Shown here piece by piece: positions 54,272 to 63,529 of a stretch of 64,000 nucleotides of DNA. The first letter of the stretch is position 1. Every line of letters begins with the position of its first letter. The DNA comes from Patescibacteria group bacterium (GTDB lineage: Bacteria; Patescibacteriota; Patescibacteriia; Patescibacteriales; UBA12465): contig JAQWDY010000002.1 in the NCBI GenBank assembly GCA_028705215.1, positions 24,759 to 88,758 on the forward strand, given 5' to 3'. The position numbers were made by a program, and so were the translations under genes. Below the pieces are notes generated by a model. The model saw nothing but the letters and a program-made list of their open reading frames with translations. It did no database searches and was not told the DNA's origin.

Positions 54272-56200
54272 CTACTGAGTTGACTTAACAAAGGTTATAA
54301 CTTCATCATTCTCATAAATACCATCTAGAATCTCTATTAGGCCCTCATCACCACGCAAGCCAGTTTTAACAGGAACTTTTATCATCTGACCCCCTGATAA
54401 AACTCTAACTATTTTATTCCCCTCTTCTTCTATAACCGCGCGCGCCGGAATAGAAATAACATTTTCTTTTTTATTAGTTGTAATTGTCACGTTTGCAGTC
54501 ATTCCTGATTTTAGAGATAGGCCCTGTTGAGCTAATCGTGCTTTTAGATTTTCTAAATCATCAAAGGTAATTTCCACTTTATAGTAAACTACGCCTTGAA
54601 TTAAAGTTTGCGCGGGTTCAATAAAATAAACTCGAGCTGGAATAATAATATCATTGGAAAAAGCATCAAGAGTTACTTCAACGCTATCGCCAATTTTTAC
54701 CTTATTAATATCCGACTCAGAAATATCTACCTCAATATCAAAGTTGCCATCAGCCAACATTGTAATCATTGCTTTTCCTGATGACCCAAATTGTTCGCCT
54801 ACATTATAATTAACCTGCGTTATAACACCAGCTAAAGGCGCTGTGATGATGCTATTTTTTATAGTTGTTTCTATGCTTTCAAGAGAAGCTTTAGCTTGAT
54901 CAACCTGGGCACGTGCTAAGGCAATATCTTGGCTACGCGCCGGAGCAATCACATTATTATATCTTGCCAATGATAAATTAACTGCACTTTGTGCATTCTC
55001 TAATCTTGCTTGAGCTGCAGTAATTTGTTGACTACCCGCTAGCTTAATACTACTTAAATTATTTTCAGCACTTAAAATTGCATTACTTAGCGCTACTTGT
55101 GCCTGTCGTAAATTCTCCGAGGCAGTAGCAACGTTGTTTTTATGATTTAAAATGGCATTACTAAATGATTGAATTGCCGTTTCAACGGCTGTTGCTGCCG
55201 CGCTAACCTGTGAATTCTGTGATGTTACTAAAGTTTTGTATGAGCTAAGTTGAGCTTCAGTAAAGCTAGCTGATGTTACGGTTGCCTCAAGCATAGAATA
55301 AGCATACGTTAAAGATTGACCGGCTTTTAAAAGAAAATCTTTCACCAAGGCGCCAGCCACTTTTACGTCATCCTCTTTACCACTACTATTGGCAAGACTT
55401 ACCTTTTCTTTTACCTCGTTTAACATTTCAAGGGCTAAGATTCTCTGCTTTTTTGTATTTAACACAGTCACGGAATTTTTTACTCCTAAAACATTTTCAA
55501 CATCCTTATCTTCTAATATGGTTTTTAAATTATCAAGTGCTACTTCTCCAATTAATATTTTATCATCTAAAATTAATAATGCGGAATCTTGACTATTCTG
55601 AATCGTCGCCTCTCCCATAGTTTTTGTATTGTCTAAATTAACTTCTGCTGTATAAACTGCCTGCTCAGCCGCCGTTGGCGTATCAAGACTACTTGACTTT
55701 AAATCAGCTAAAGATTTTTCCGCCTGTCTAATATTTTCTGCAACCGTTGCTTTAGTTTTATTTAAATCATCCACAGCGGCTGCCTGAGCGGCTTTAGCTT
55801 GCGCTAACTCAGATTGACTAACAGCCACTGTTTCCGAACTTGCCCCTGCTAAAACCTTAGACAAATTAGCCTCCGCAATGTTCAAGCCAGCAGTAGCCTC
55901 TAATTTTTTAGAATTTAAAGATTCAAATTCCAGCGCCGCTAATTCCTCACCAGATGCGACTTCTTGCCCCACTTCCACTGAAATGCTTCCGATTTTTCCG
56001 CTATTTAAGAAGTTTAAAGACAACTCCTGCACTGGCTTAACTGTGCCTACCTCGCTAACAGTCTGTATAATATTGTTATAACTCGCTTTTTCTGTTGAAT
56101 ATTCTGCTTCGGGCTTACGACGACTAAAAAAAACAATAATTACTATCAATAAAATAATAGCAATTAAAATATACAACCATTTTTTCCGCTTTTTACTCAT
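54272..56200 (-). CDS. HlyD/MacA-family periplasmic adaptor (membrane fusion protein) with a greatly extended coiled coil
   Basis: N-terminal TM anchor, lipoyl-like halves (GKIGSISVEVGQEVASGEELAAL ... APLAGVITQVN), and beta-barrel and membrane-proximal domains at the C-terminus. About 350 residues of A/Q/S/L/N-rich helix lie between the lipoyl halves. Confidence 0.85.
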   Translation of the reverse strand: MSKKRKKWLYILIAIILLIVIIVFFSRRKPEAEYSTEKASYNNIIQTVSEVGTVKPVQELSLNFLNSGKIGSISVEVGQEVASGEELAALEFESLNSKKLEATAGLNIAEANLSKVLAGASSETVAVSQSELAQAKAAQAAAVDDLNKTKATVAENIRQAEKSLADLKSSSLDTPTAAEQAVYTAEVNLDNTKTMGEATIQNSQDSALLILDDKILIGEVALDNLKTILEDKDVENVLGVKNSVTVLNTKKQRILALEMLNEVKEKVSLANSSGKEDDVKVAGALVKDFLLKAGQSLTYAYSMLEATVTSASFTEAQLSSYKTLVTSQNSQVSAAATAVETAIQSFSNAILNHKNNVATASENLRQAQVALSNAILSAENNLSSIKLAGSQQITAAQARLENAQSAVNLSLARYNNVIAPARSQDIALARAQVDQAKASLESIETTIKNSIITAPLAGVITQVNYNVGEQFGSSGKAMITMLADGNFDIEVDISESDINKVKIGDSVEVTLDAFSNDIIIPARVYFIEPAQTLIQGVVYYKVEITFDDLENLKARLAQQGLSLKSGMTANVTITTNKKENVISIPARAVIEEEGNKIVRVLSGGQMIKVPVKTGLRGDEGLIEILDGIYENDEVITFVKSTQ

Positions 56201-56237
56201 AAATTTAGATAAAACAAAATATAATAAATATTTATTA

Positions 56238-56265
56238 ATTATAACAGAAAATAAACAAAAAACAA
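56238..56265 (-). promoter_or_regulatory. extended -10 promoter for the adaptor/ABC operon (TTGTTT-16-TGtTATAAT)
   Basis: On the minus strand, TTGTTT (56265-56260), TGT (56246-56244) and TATAAT (56243-56238). Confidence 0.45.
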
Positions 56266-56274
56266 GCTATCTAT

Positions 56275-56303
56275 TTGACAAATAATGTTAAACATGATAA
56301 ATT
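56275..56303 (+). promoter_or_regulatory. promoter for the 333-aa ORF (TTGACA-17-TAAATT with upstream TG)
   Basis: TTGACA at 56275-56280 and TGaTAAATT ending at 56303, about 43 nt upstream of the ATG. Confidence 0.45.
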
Positions 56304-56346
56304 TTTTCCAGAACATTAAAATAATAACCCCTAAAAATAAAGCATC

Positions 56347-57348
56347 ATGGTAAGAATACTTTACGACCCTGAAAACGTTAATTGTCTCTTTTCCATGGCT
56401 TCAGTCTTATTGAAACATGAAAGAGAACAAAAAATAATAATACCCACAGAGACTAAGTCCTTACTTAGTCCCAAGCTTAAAGAGGTATTATTAGAGACAA
56501 GTATTGTTAAATTCGACAATACTCAGTTGGACGAATTTAACGATGACCTAAGGACATGCGATAACCAAATTATTATTTTAGGTCTGAGGCCAAAAAATAA
56601 AAAGGAGGCGGCAATAGTTGCTCAATTTGTATCAGACTACAAAAGACAAATCAAATTATGGATTGATGATAAAAATTGGCAGCCTGATCTTTATAATTAT
56701 CTACGTTTAGATAATCAAAACATCATCGCTACCAATGAATCATCTTGTCTTAGCAAATTACAAAAACATGGCTATCCAGCGCCAGCGATTTGGTTGCGCA
56801 TTGATAAAGCTTTGCAAAAAAATGATTTACGTAATTTTGTGGCTCGTCGCTACATTCAAGCTATTGCGGTAAATCAAGTGTTAGTTAACAATTGTTTTAA
56901 TGATATTGATTCTCAAATTCAAATTTTTAGACTAGCTATTCAAGAAATTATTGATAAACAGTTAAGTTATGAAATTAGCGAACTTGCCGACATGTTTTTT
57001 GACATGAAAATAAAAACCGAGATTTTAAAAGATAACTTTTCTGACACTCACCCTATTTTCAGAAAAGCCAAAAGACTTGGTTGTCCAGTCGGTTATCTCT
57101 ACTTAAAAGACATGGAAAGAAGTGCTGATATTAAAAGCATTATAGAATTAGGTTTGAAAAAATATCCTTGGCTTTGTGTTGTGGTATACAATATAAAAGA
57201 CGAAAAATACATTTTTGTTAAGTCAAAATATATCCCAATTAATGAATTGCTAAGTTATTACGGCGAGCTAGACATTAGTATTAATTCTTTACTAAAACTT
57301 TTAAACGCCGAGGTTGTAAATTACAAAATTAAAAATGATCACAAATAA
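56347..57348 (+). CDS. hypothetical protein (333 aa), no recognised family
   Basis: ATG-initiated, soluble-looking alpha/beta ORF with its own promoter and terminator. It is one of only five plus-strand genes. Confidence 0.5.
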   Translation: MVRILYDPENVNCLFSMASVLLKHEREQKIIIPTETKSLLSPKLKEVLLETSIVKFDNTQLDEFNDDLRTCDNQIIILGLRPKNKKEAAIVAQFVSDYKRQIKLWIDDKNWQPDLYNYLRLDNQNIIATNESSCLSKLQKHGYPAPAIWLRIDKALQKNDLRNFVARRYIQAIAVNQVLVNNCFNDIDSQIQIFRLAIQEIIDKQLSYEISELADMFFDMKIKTEILKDNFSDTHPIFRKAKRLGCPVGYLYLKDMERSADIKSIIELGLKKYPWLCVVVYNIKDEKYIFVKSKYIPINELLSYYGELDISINSLLKLLNAEVVNYKIKNDHK

Positions 57349-57377
57349 AGCCCGACTATCAGCCGGGCTTTTTTTAT
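57347..57377. terminator. bidirectional intrinsic terminator between convergent genes
   Basis: AAAGCCCG-ACUAUCAGC-CGGGCUUU is flanked by an A-run upstream and U-run downstream, so it can function on both strands. Confidence 0.75.
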
Positions 57378-58240
57378 TTTAAACTAGCACTCCATTTAGT
57401 AATTTTATTTTTCAATATATTCGCCCTATCATAAAAACCGTGCCCCGTGCCCCCTATTATCTCCAGTCGACAAAAAGCTGGTAAAACCTTTTTAAACCAA
57501 ACCTTAATTTCTCCCATATCACGATCTGCACACTCATCGTTTTCTGCCAATATTATGAATATTGGCTTTTTTATTTTTTTAAGAATTGATTTTTTATCAG
57601 GATTTGCATATGAAAATATTTCCTCTTTGCTGTCTTCTAAGTAAAGAGATAAAAAACGTTTTGCACTTATAAGATGAGGCCACACTTTAACAGGCAAAAA
57701 AGAATCGCCCTGATTTATCTTAACTAAATTTTGCGCTGTCTTTAAAGCTAAGCTTAAAACTTTAGGCTCAGTTTCTTTTTTAATTAAAGCATAATCACTC
57801 ATAGGCGCTAACAATATTCCACCGGAGACCTTGGTTTTAATTTTATGAGCGAGATAATAAGCTATCTTGTTGCTCCCGCTTGAATGACCAAGTAAAATAA
57901 TCTTTTTATACCCTTCAGCGCCAGCTAATTTTACCGCCGCTTCAATATCTAAAATTGAATCAACAAAATTTTCTACGCTAGAACCAAGCTGAACAGAGCT
58001 ATAGACCCCCTTTTTATTGTCTATTTTAGAAAAACGATTAACAATCCCTGCCCCCCGATTGTTAAACACCATCACCGCCGCTGAGTTTACTAACTTTTCT
58101 GCCAAATCAAAACGAGAAAACAGGTTGCCACCTAAACCATGAATAATAATATAGATTATCTTGCTTTTTTGTTTGCTAAAAATAAAGCCTTTTAACTTTA
58201 GCTTATCACTGGTTATAATTTCAATAGCCTTAGCTTTCAT
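57374..58240 (-). CDS. alpha/beta hydrolase
   Basis: Nucleophile elbow LLGHSSGSN, a late Asp (ENDECAD) and His (GGTGHGF). The longest ORF starts at TTG 58282. ATG 58240 (MKAKAIEI) removes the overlap. Confidence 0.75.
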   Translation of the reverse strand: MKAKAIEIITSDKLKLKGFIFSKQKSKIIYIIIHGLGGNLFSRFDLAEKLVNSAAVMVFNNRGAGIVNRFSKIDNKKGVYSSVQLGSSVENFVDSILDIEAAVKLAGAEGYKKIILLGHSSGSNKIAYYLAHKIKTKVSGGILLAPMSDYALIKKETEPKVLSLALKTAQNLVKINQGDSFLPVKVWPHLISAKRFLSLYLEDSKEEIFSYANPDKKSILKKIKKPIFIILAENDECADRDMGEIKVWFKKVLPAFCRLEIIGGTGHGFYDRANILKNKITKWSASLK

Positions 58241-58244
58241 ATAT

Positions 58245-59009
58245 TCATTTATTATCATCAACAAAAAATTCATAACCTCCAATCAATACTGGGGTAGATA
58301 AAAAATACCAAATAATAACATCATCAAGTGGAAAAATGTGCCCACCTAAATTAAGGGGAAAAAGATATGATCCTGGCCACCACCAGCTGCCAATAAATAA
58401 AGACACAATTTCATAAACAAAGAAAACAAAAGCAAAGAATAAAGTGGGTATTACAGTTTTTTTCAGAAGAATTGGTTTTCTATAAAATATAATAGCTCCC
58501 GGAACAAGCAAAATAATAATAGAAAGAGTGTGGTAATTTAAGCCCACTAATTCCGGCGCAAAGAAAAAAAGAAAAGTAACAATTAACAATAAAGCTAAAT
58601 ACAAAAAAATAATCCATTTAAAATTTTTTGATATCTTTTCACTTTTATCTTGATCAATAAAATATTCATAAAACGAAAGCACCCAGAAGAAGTTTAAAAA
58701 AGCAAATAAAATATTTTCTAAAGGCGCAATACCAAGTAAGCGCGGTAAAATTGATTGCACATCCCAAGCATTTGCCATTCGTGCTATTACTTCCACTGGT
58801 GGCGCAAACAAAAGAGTTGTTAAAAGAGAAAATATAAATATTTTAGTCTTTGATTTTTTCAACCAAATGAAATTGAGCACTGCTGGCGGGACTAAAACTA
58901 TTATTATAGAAAGTAGATAAACTGGTTTTATTAAATAAACAAAAAGACAAGCTAGAAGTATATAACTTATTAAAAATATCAGTTTCTGTTTTTTATTTTT
59001 TGACATCAT
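58245..59009 (-). CDS. polytopic membrane protein with two lycopene-cyclase-type (CrtYc/Yd-like) domains
   Basis: There are two copies of the hPhE/D-hhF motif after a Trp: WDVQSILPRLLGIAPLENILFAF and WWWPGSYLFPLNLGGHIFPLDDVIIWYF. The longest ORF starts at TTG 59120; the ATG pair is at 59009/59006. Confidence 0.5.
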   Translation of the reverse strand: MMSKNKKQKLIFLISYILLACLFVYLIKPVYLLSIIIVLVPPAVLNFIWLKKSKTKIFIFSLLTTLLFAPPVEVIARMANAWDVQSILPRLLGIAPLENILFAFLNFFWVLSFYEYFIDQDKSEKISKNFKWIIFLYLALLLIVTFLFFFAPELVGLNYHTLSIIILLVPGAIIFYRKPILLKKTVIPTLFFAFVFFVYEIVSLFIGSWWWPGSYLFPLNLGGHIFPLDDVIIWYFLSTPVLIGGYEFFVDDNK

Positions 59010-59052
59010 AAAAATTATTGTAACAAATAAAAATAAAATTAAAAAGGAAGTT

Positions 59053-59382
59053 TTAAAACTTCCCTTTTTTAATAATTCTTTTCTTTGCCTTTTTTGCTCT
59101 TTTATAGGATGCTTCTTCAAATCTCCACAATCGCAGCGGACTCTTCACGCCTCGTCGATAAAAAACCTTGAAACGTAAAATAAATTTAATTTGATCCTTA
59201 TATAAACGAGTAATAAAGGTGTGGCTTTCCAAGGGAAAAACAAAATGAGGAGCACCTGAATTATCAATCAAGTTAACGCCCTCTTGATATTGACCCAAGT
59301 GGATTAAATTTTTTACAATCACTTCATTAGTGTGAGCATCACTAGGCTCTACAAACCATTCCGTAACAACCATTTCATTCAT
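59053..59382 (-). CDS. hypothetical protein with a basic C-terminal tail
   Basis: About 109 aa from ATG 59382 (the longest ORF starts at GTG 59388). The tail is YKRAKKAKKRIIKKGKF. I recognise no family. Confidence 0.4.
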   Translation of the reverse strand: MNEMVVTEWFVEPSDAHTNEVIVKNLIHLGQYQEGVNLIDNSGAPHFVFPLESHTFITRLYKDQIKFILRFKVFYRRGVKSPLRLWRFEEASYKRAKKAKKRIIKKGKF

Positions 59383-59420
59383 AGTCACTTAATTTTTAAA
59401 AGGTACAACTTATAAATAAT

Positions 59421-60830
59421 TTAAAATTTTGCATTTTTAGGAGTGCGCGGAAAAGGAATCACATCACGAATATTAGTCATTCCTGACAAATACATAATTG
59501 CTCTTTCAAAGCCTAATCCAAAACCAGCATGAGGAACAAAACCATATTTTCTTGTATCCAGATACCAGGCGTAATCAGTCAAACTAAGGTTAAGTTCAAT
59601 CATTCTTTTTTTCAGAAACTCATATCTTTCCTCTCTTTGACTGCCACCAATAATTTCACCAATACCGGGTACTAATAAATCCATAGCAGCCACCGTTTTA
59701 CCATCATCATTTTGACGCATATAAAAAGCCTTGATATCTTTGGGGTAATCGGTAATAAATACTGGTTGCTTTAATATTTCTTCAGTTAGATATCTTTCAT
59801 GTTCAGTCTGTAAATCAACGCCCCAAGATACTGGATAGGTAAACTCTTTGCCACTTTCTTGTAACAATTTAACAGCTTCGGTGTATGTCATTCTTTTAAA
59901 CTCTGCCTTTAAAACAGTCTGTAGACGATCAATTAAGCTTGTGTCTATAAACTTATTAAAAAATTCCATTTCCTCCGGTAACTCTTTTAAAATATGGGCA
60001 ATTAAATACTTAATCATCTCTTCAGCTAAGTCCATATCAGAATTTAAATCAGCAAAAGCCATCTCCGGTTCTATCATCCAAAATTCAGAAGCATGTCTTG
60101 TAGTGTTTGAATTTTCTGCACGAAAAGTTGGCGCAAAAGTATAAACTCGATTCAAGCCCATAATCAAGGCCTCTGCTTCCAGTTGACCACTCACTGTTAA
60201 ACCAACTTGATGTCCAAAAAAATCTTGACTATAATCCACCTCGCCTGACTTGTTTTTTGGTATTTCTTTATTTAAATCAAAGGTTGTAACATTAAACATC
60301 TCACCTGCTCCCTCACAATCACTACTAGAAATAATCGGGGTATGAACATAAGAAAAGCCTTTTTCTTGAAAAAATTTATGAACCGCAAAGCTCAAGCTTG
60401 AACGCAAACGAAAAACGGCGGAAAAGGTATTACTACGACTCCTTAAATGAGCAATTTCTCGAAGAAACTCAAAGCTATGCCTTTTTTTCTGTAAAGGATA
60501 ATCTGCTGCTGCCTCACCTATAATTTCAATTTTTTCTGCCTTTAATTCAAAGGGTTGACCATCGGCTGGTGAAGCAACTAAAACACCAGATACCACTAAA
60601 GAAGAGCCAATAGTTAATTTTATAATTTCAGAAAAATTATCTAAACTATTATCAAACACGACCTGCAAACCTTTAAAAAAACTGCCATCATTTATCTCAA
60701 TAAATCCAAAATTCTTTGAGTCGCGAATAGTTCGCACCCAAGCGCCAACTTCAATATTCTGATTTAAGTACTTGCCCTCGTTTTTATAAAGAGATTTAAT
60801 ATCAATATAAGTCATACTAATAGCTAACAT
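59421..60830 (-). CDS. asnS: asparagine--tRNA ligase
   Basis: OB-fold N-terminus ([22 protein letters not shown]). The class II core includes [21 protein letters not shown] and [12 protein letters not shown]. Confidence 0.93.
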   Translation of the reverse strand: MLAISMTYIDIKSLYKNEGKYLNQNIEVGAWVRTIRDSKNFGFIEINDGSFFKGLQVVFDNSLDNFSEIIKLTIGSSLVVSGVLVASPADGQPFELKAEKIEIIGEAAADYPLQKKRHSFEFLREIAHLRSRSNTFSAVFRLRSSLSFAVHKFFQEKGFSYVHTPIISSSDCEGAGEMFNVTTFDLNKEIPKNKSGEVDYSQDFFGHQVGLTVSGQLEAEALIMGLNRVYTFAPTFRAENSNTTRHASEFWMIEPEMAFADLNSDMDLAEEMIKYLIAHILKELPEEMEFFNKFIDTSLIDRLQTVLKAEFKRMTYTEAVKLLQESGKEFTYPVSWGVDLQTEHERYLTEEILKQPVFITDYPKDIKAFYMRQNDDGKTVAAMDLLVPGIGEIIGGSQREERYEFLKKRMIELNLSLTDYAWYLDTRKYGFVPHAGFGLGFERAIMYLSGMTNIRDVIPFPRTPKNAKF

Positions 60831-60889
60831 TAATAATAATACTGCCTAAAATATAACAATTTAAGACAAATAAATCAATATAACTAAAT

Positions 60890-62584
60890 TTATTTAGCTT
60901 TTGACCTCATTTTAAAGCGACGCGTTTTATTTTTTACTCTTGTCTCCAGCCTTTTTTCATTTTTCTCTATTTTTGCCTCAATTTCAACCTTAAATTGCTT
61001 TCCCTTAAAAGTTAATTTTCTAAATACTCGTCTAGCCTCTTCTTTTTTATTTTTTTCTATACCAAATACGGTGCTAGTATCGTCAATTTTAATTCTACCA
61101 ATCTCTGCTCCCTTTAATTCTCGCTGCGAATTAATAAGGGCAAACAATGCCTTTATATCGAATCTATCAAAACGTCCCACACCAATCTTGACATCAACAA
61201 AATTATCATCAGACTGGTTTTTTAAACGCTCTTTTTTTTCAGATAAAAATTGTTTAGAGTTTACTGTTTCCAAGTCATTATTTTTTTTATATAAATTTAA
61301 AAAATGATTAAATTCCATGGCAGTAAACTTTGTAATTATATCGTCACGGGACATACCCTTGAATGCCTCTTCTACTTGCGGCATAAAAGGCGCAATTTCT
61401 TGTTCATCAATTTTTATATTTTTCATTTTTTGAAGTAAACTAAAAAGTTGGCTTTGACATATTTCCTCTCCTTTAGGAACTGTCTTTAAAACAAACTTCT
61501 TCCCAATCACCCTCTCTAGTGCAGTAATCTTCCTTAATTCTCGTGGCGTAAAAATAGAAACCGATGTTCCACTTTTCTCAGCTCTGCCCGTGCGACCGCT
61601 ACGATGTAGGTATATTTCGCTTGAATCAGGCAAGCTATAATTGATGACATGACTTAAATTGTTTACATCAATTCCGCGTGCTGCAACATCAGTAGCAACT
61701 AAGAGTTGTATTTTTCGCTCACGAAATTGATCCATAATTTGCGTACGTAAATTCTGTGAAATGTCGCCATGTAAAGCAGCTGTTAAATAATGATCCTCTT
61801 TTAATTTATCAGCAATCTCTTGAGTTTCATGACGGGTGCGACAAAATAATATTCCGTAAATATTTGGCCTAACATCAAGAATGCGACGTAATGCTTCATA
61901 TTTTTCTCCTGGCCGGACCAAATAATACTCATGCTCCACCTTATCAGCTCCTATATTTTTTTTACCAACACTAATCTCTTTCGGTTTATTCATGTATTTC
62001 TGAGCGATTTTAGAAATTACTGACGACATCGTTGCTGAAAAAAGAAGAATTTGTTTATTTTTTGGAGTCTTTACTAATATCTCATCTAAATCGTCTTTAA
62101 AGCCCATATCAAGCATTTCATCTGCCTCATCTAAAACAAGAAATCGAATATTATCTAATTTTAAATATTTGCGACGAAGCATATCGTGAACACGACCAGG
62201 AGTGCCAACAACAACATTAGCCCCTGCTTTTAGCTCTTGAATTTGTCCATCCATTCTTGCGCCACCATAAATAGTCGCGATCTTTACCGATGGTAAATAT
62301 TTGATAAAGCTTTTTATTTCATGACTAATTTGTAGACACAGCTCACGTGTTGGACATAAAATAAGTGCCTGTGTTTTCTGGTTTTTCTCTAATTTATTTA
62401 AAATCGGCAACGCAAAAGCTGCGGTCTTACCTGTACCGGTTTGTGCTAAGCCAATTAAATCTTGTTCGTTTTTTAGAATAAAGGGGATGGCTTGTTCTTG
62501 AATTTGTGTAGCTGACTGATAGTTAATGTCAGCTAAGCCTTTTTGAATCTCTTGATTTAGACCCAATTGAGCAAAGGTTTTCAT
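60890..62584 (-). CDS. DEAD-box ATP-dependent RNA helicase with a DbpA-type C-terminal RNA-binding domain
   Basis: AQTGTGKTAAF, VLDEADEML, SAT, HRSGRTGRA and a basic tail. Confidence 0.93.
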   Translation of the reverse strand: MKTFAQLGLNQEIQKGLADINYQSATQIQEQAIPFILKNEQDLIGLAQTGTGKTAAFALPILNKLEKNQKTQALILCPTRELCLQISHEIKSFIKYLPSVKIATIYGGARMDGQIQELKAGANVVVGTPGRVHDMLRRKYLKLDNIRFLVLDEADEMLDMGFKDDLDEILVKTPKNKQILLFSATMSSVISKIAQKYMNKPKEISVGKKNIGADKVEHEYYLVRPGEKYEALRRILDVRPNIYGILFCRTRHETQEIADKLKEDHYLTAALHGDISQNLRTQIMDQFRERKIQLLVATDVAARGIDVNNLSHVINYSLPDSSEIYLHRSGRTGRAEKSGTSVSIFTPRELRKITALERVIGKKFVLKTVPKGEEICQSQLFSLLQKMKNIKIDEQEIAPFMPQVEEAFKGMSRDDIITKFTAMEFNHFLNLYKKNNDLETVNSKQFLSEKKERLKNQSDDNFVDVKIGVGRFDRFDIKALFALINSQRELKGAEIGRIKIDDTSTVFGIEKNKKEEARRVFRKLTFKGKQFKVEIEAKIEKNEKRLETRVKNKTRRFKMRSKAK

Positions 62585-62674
62585 AATAATAATTTTTAGA
62601 CTAACTTAAATTAAATTTAGCCTATAAATTACGATATAAAACCCAGCTATACCCCATCTAAAAGCTATCAGCTA

Positions 62675-62703
62675 AATATAAGCATTTTATCTTATTTTGT
62701 CAA
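62675..62703 (-). promoter_or_regulatory. strong promoter for the DEAD-box helicase (TTGACA-17-TATATT with TGc extended -10)
   Basis: On the minus strand, TTGACA (62703-62698), a 17-nt spacer ending in TGC and TATATT (62680-62675). This leaves a leader of about 85 nt. Confidence 0.55.
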
Positions 62704-62713
62704 CTAAAATATC

Positions 62714-63397
62714 CTATCTTTTCATAATATAAGCAATTTGCGCCATAACATCTTTTGGCTTATCACGCCTAAAAGAAAAATACTTACTCTGACAATAAGT
62801 ACAATCTAAACTAATTTTTATATTCTCTGATTTTATACCTATATTCATCAATTGTTTTTGAACAATCTTAGCCAAAGCGACAAATATTTTCCCTTCTTTG
62901 TAAATAATTTGTTTTTGATATTTTTTAAAATTTGGTAAAATATCATCCTTTATTTCAAAGTGACATACTTGCAAATGAGGGCCAATATAAACTGAAATGT
63001 CAGATACCTGTGATTTATATAAAATCATCATTTTTTTGACCATTAAAATAGCAACTTCTTTAACTACTCCCCGCCAGCCAGCGTGTACTAATCCAATAAC
63101 TCCCTTTTTTTCGTCAAAAAAATAAAGAGGTAGGCAATCGGCAAAAGTCAGGCATAAGGGTAATTGGCTCACATTGGTAAGTAGGCCATCACTTGCCTTA
63201 ATCTCCTTACCAGCATCAACCTTTGTCACGCTGGTAACTAAATTGCCATGAACTAAATCGGCCGATACAAGCTGATGTAAAGGAATCCCCTTGTTTTTAA
63301 AATATATCTCTCGATTTTTTAACCCCCCCAAACGTAAAATCATCTGACCATCTGATTTATCTGAATGACCCCAAATTATCTTATCGCTTTTTATCAT
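62714..63397 (-). CDS. pgeF: YfiH/PgeF-family (Cu-oxidase_4 / laccase-domain) protein
   Basis: VHGN, TFADCLPLYF, HAGWRG and the CTYC motif. Confidence 0.85.
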   Translation of the reverse strand: MIKSDKIIWGHSDKSDGQMILRLGGLKNREIYFKNKGIPLHQLVSADLVHGNLVTSVTKVDAGKEIKASDGLLTNVSQLPLCLTFADCLPLYFFDEKKGVIGLVHAGWRGVVKEVAILMVKKMMILYKSQVSDISVYIGPHLQVCHFEIKDDILPNFKKYQKQIIYKEGKIFVALAKIVQKQLMNIGIKSENIKISLDCTYCQSKYFSFRRDKPKDVMAQIAYIMKR

Positions 63398-63529
63398 AAA
63401 AAATAATGTTATTTATTTAATATTATACCAATTATAATAGTAAAGATAAAAAAATTATTTTTCTGTCTTTGACTAATTCATAATAAGTGCTACATTTAAT
63501 ATGGAAAAAATAAATAATTACAAATACTA

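Noticed and set aside
62585-62674. The ~85-nt leader of the DEAD-box helicase, considered as a possible cold-shock-type structured UTR.
   Set aside because: I could only draw short (4-5 bp) imperfect stems by eye, so there is not enough evidence to propose an element.
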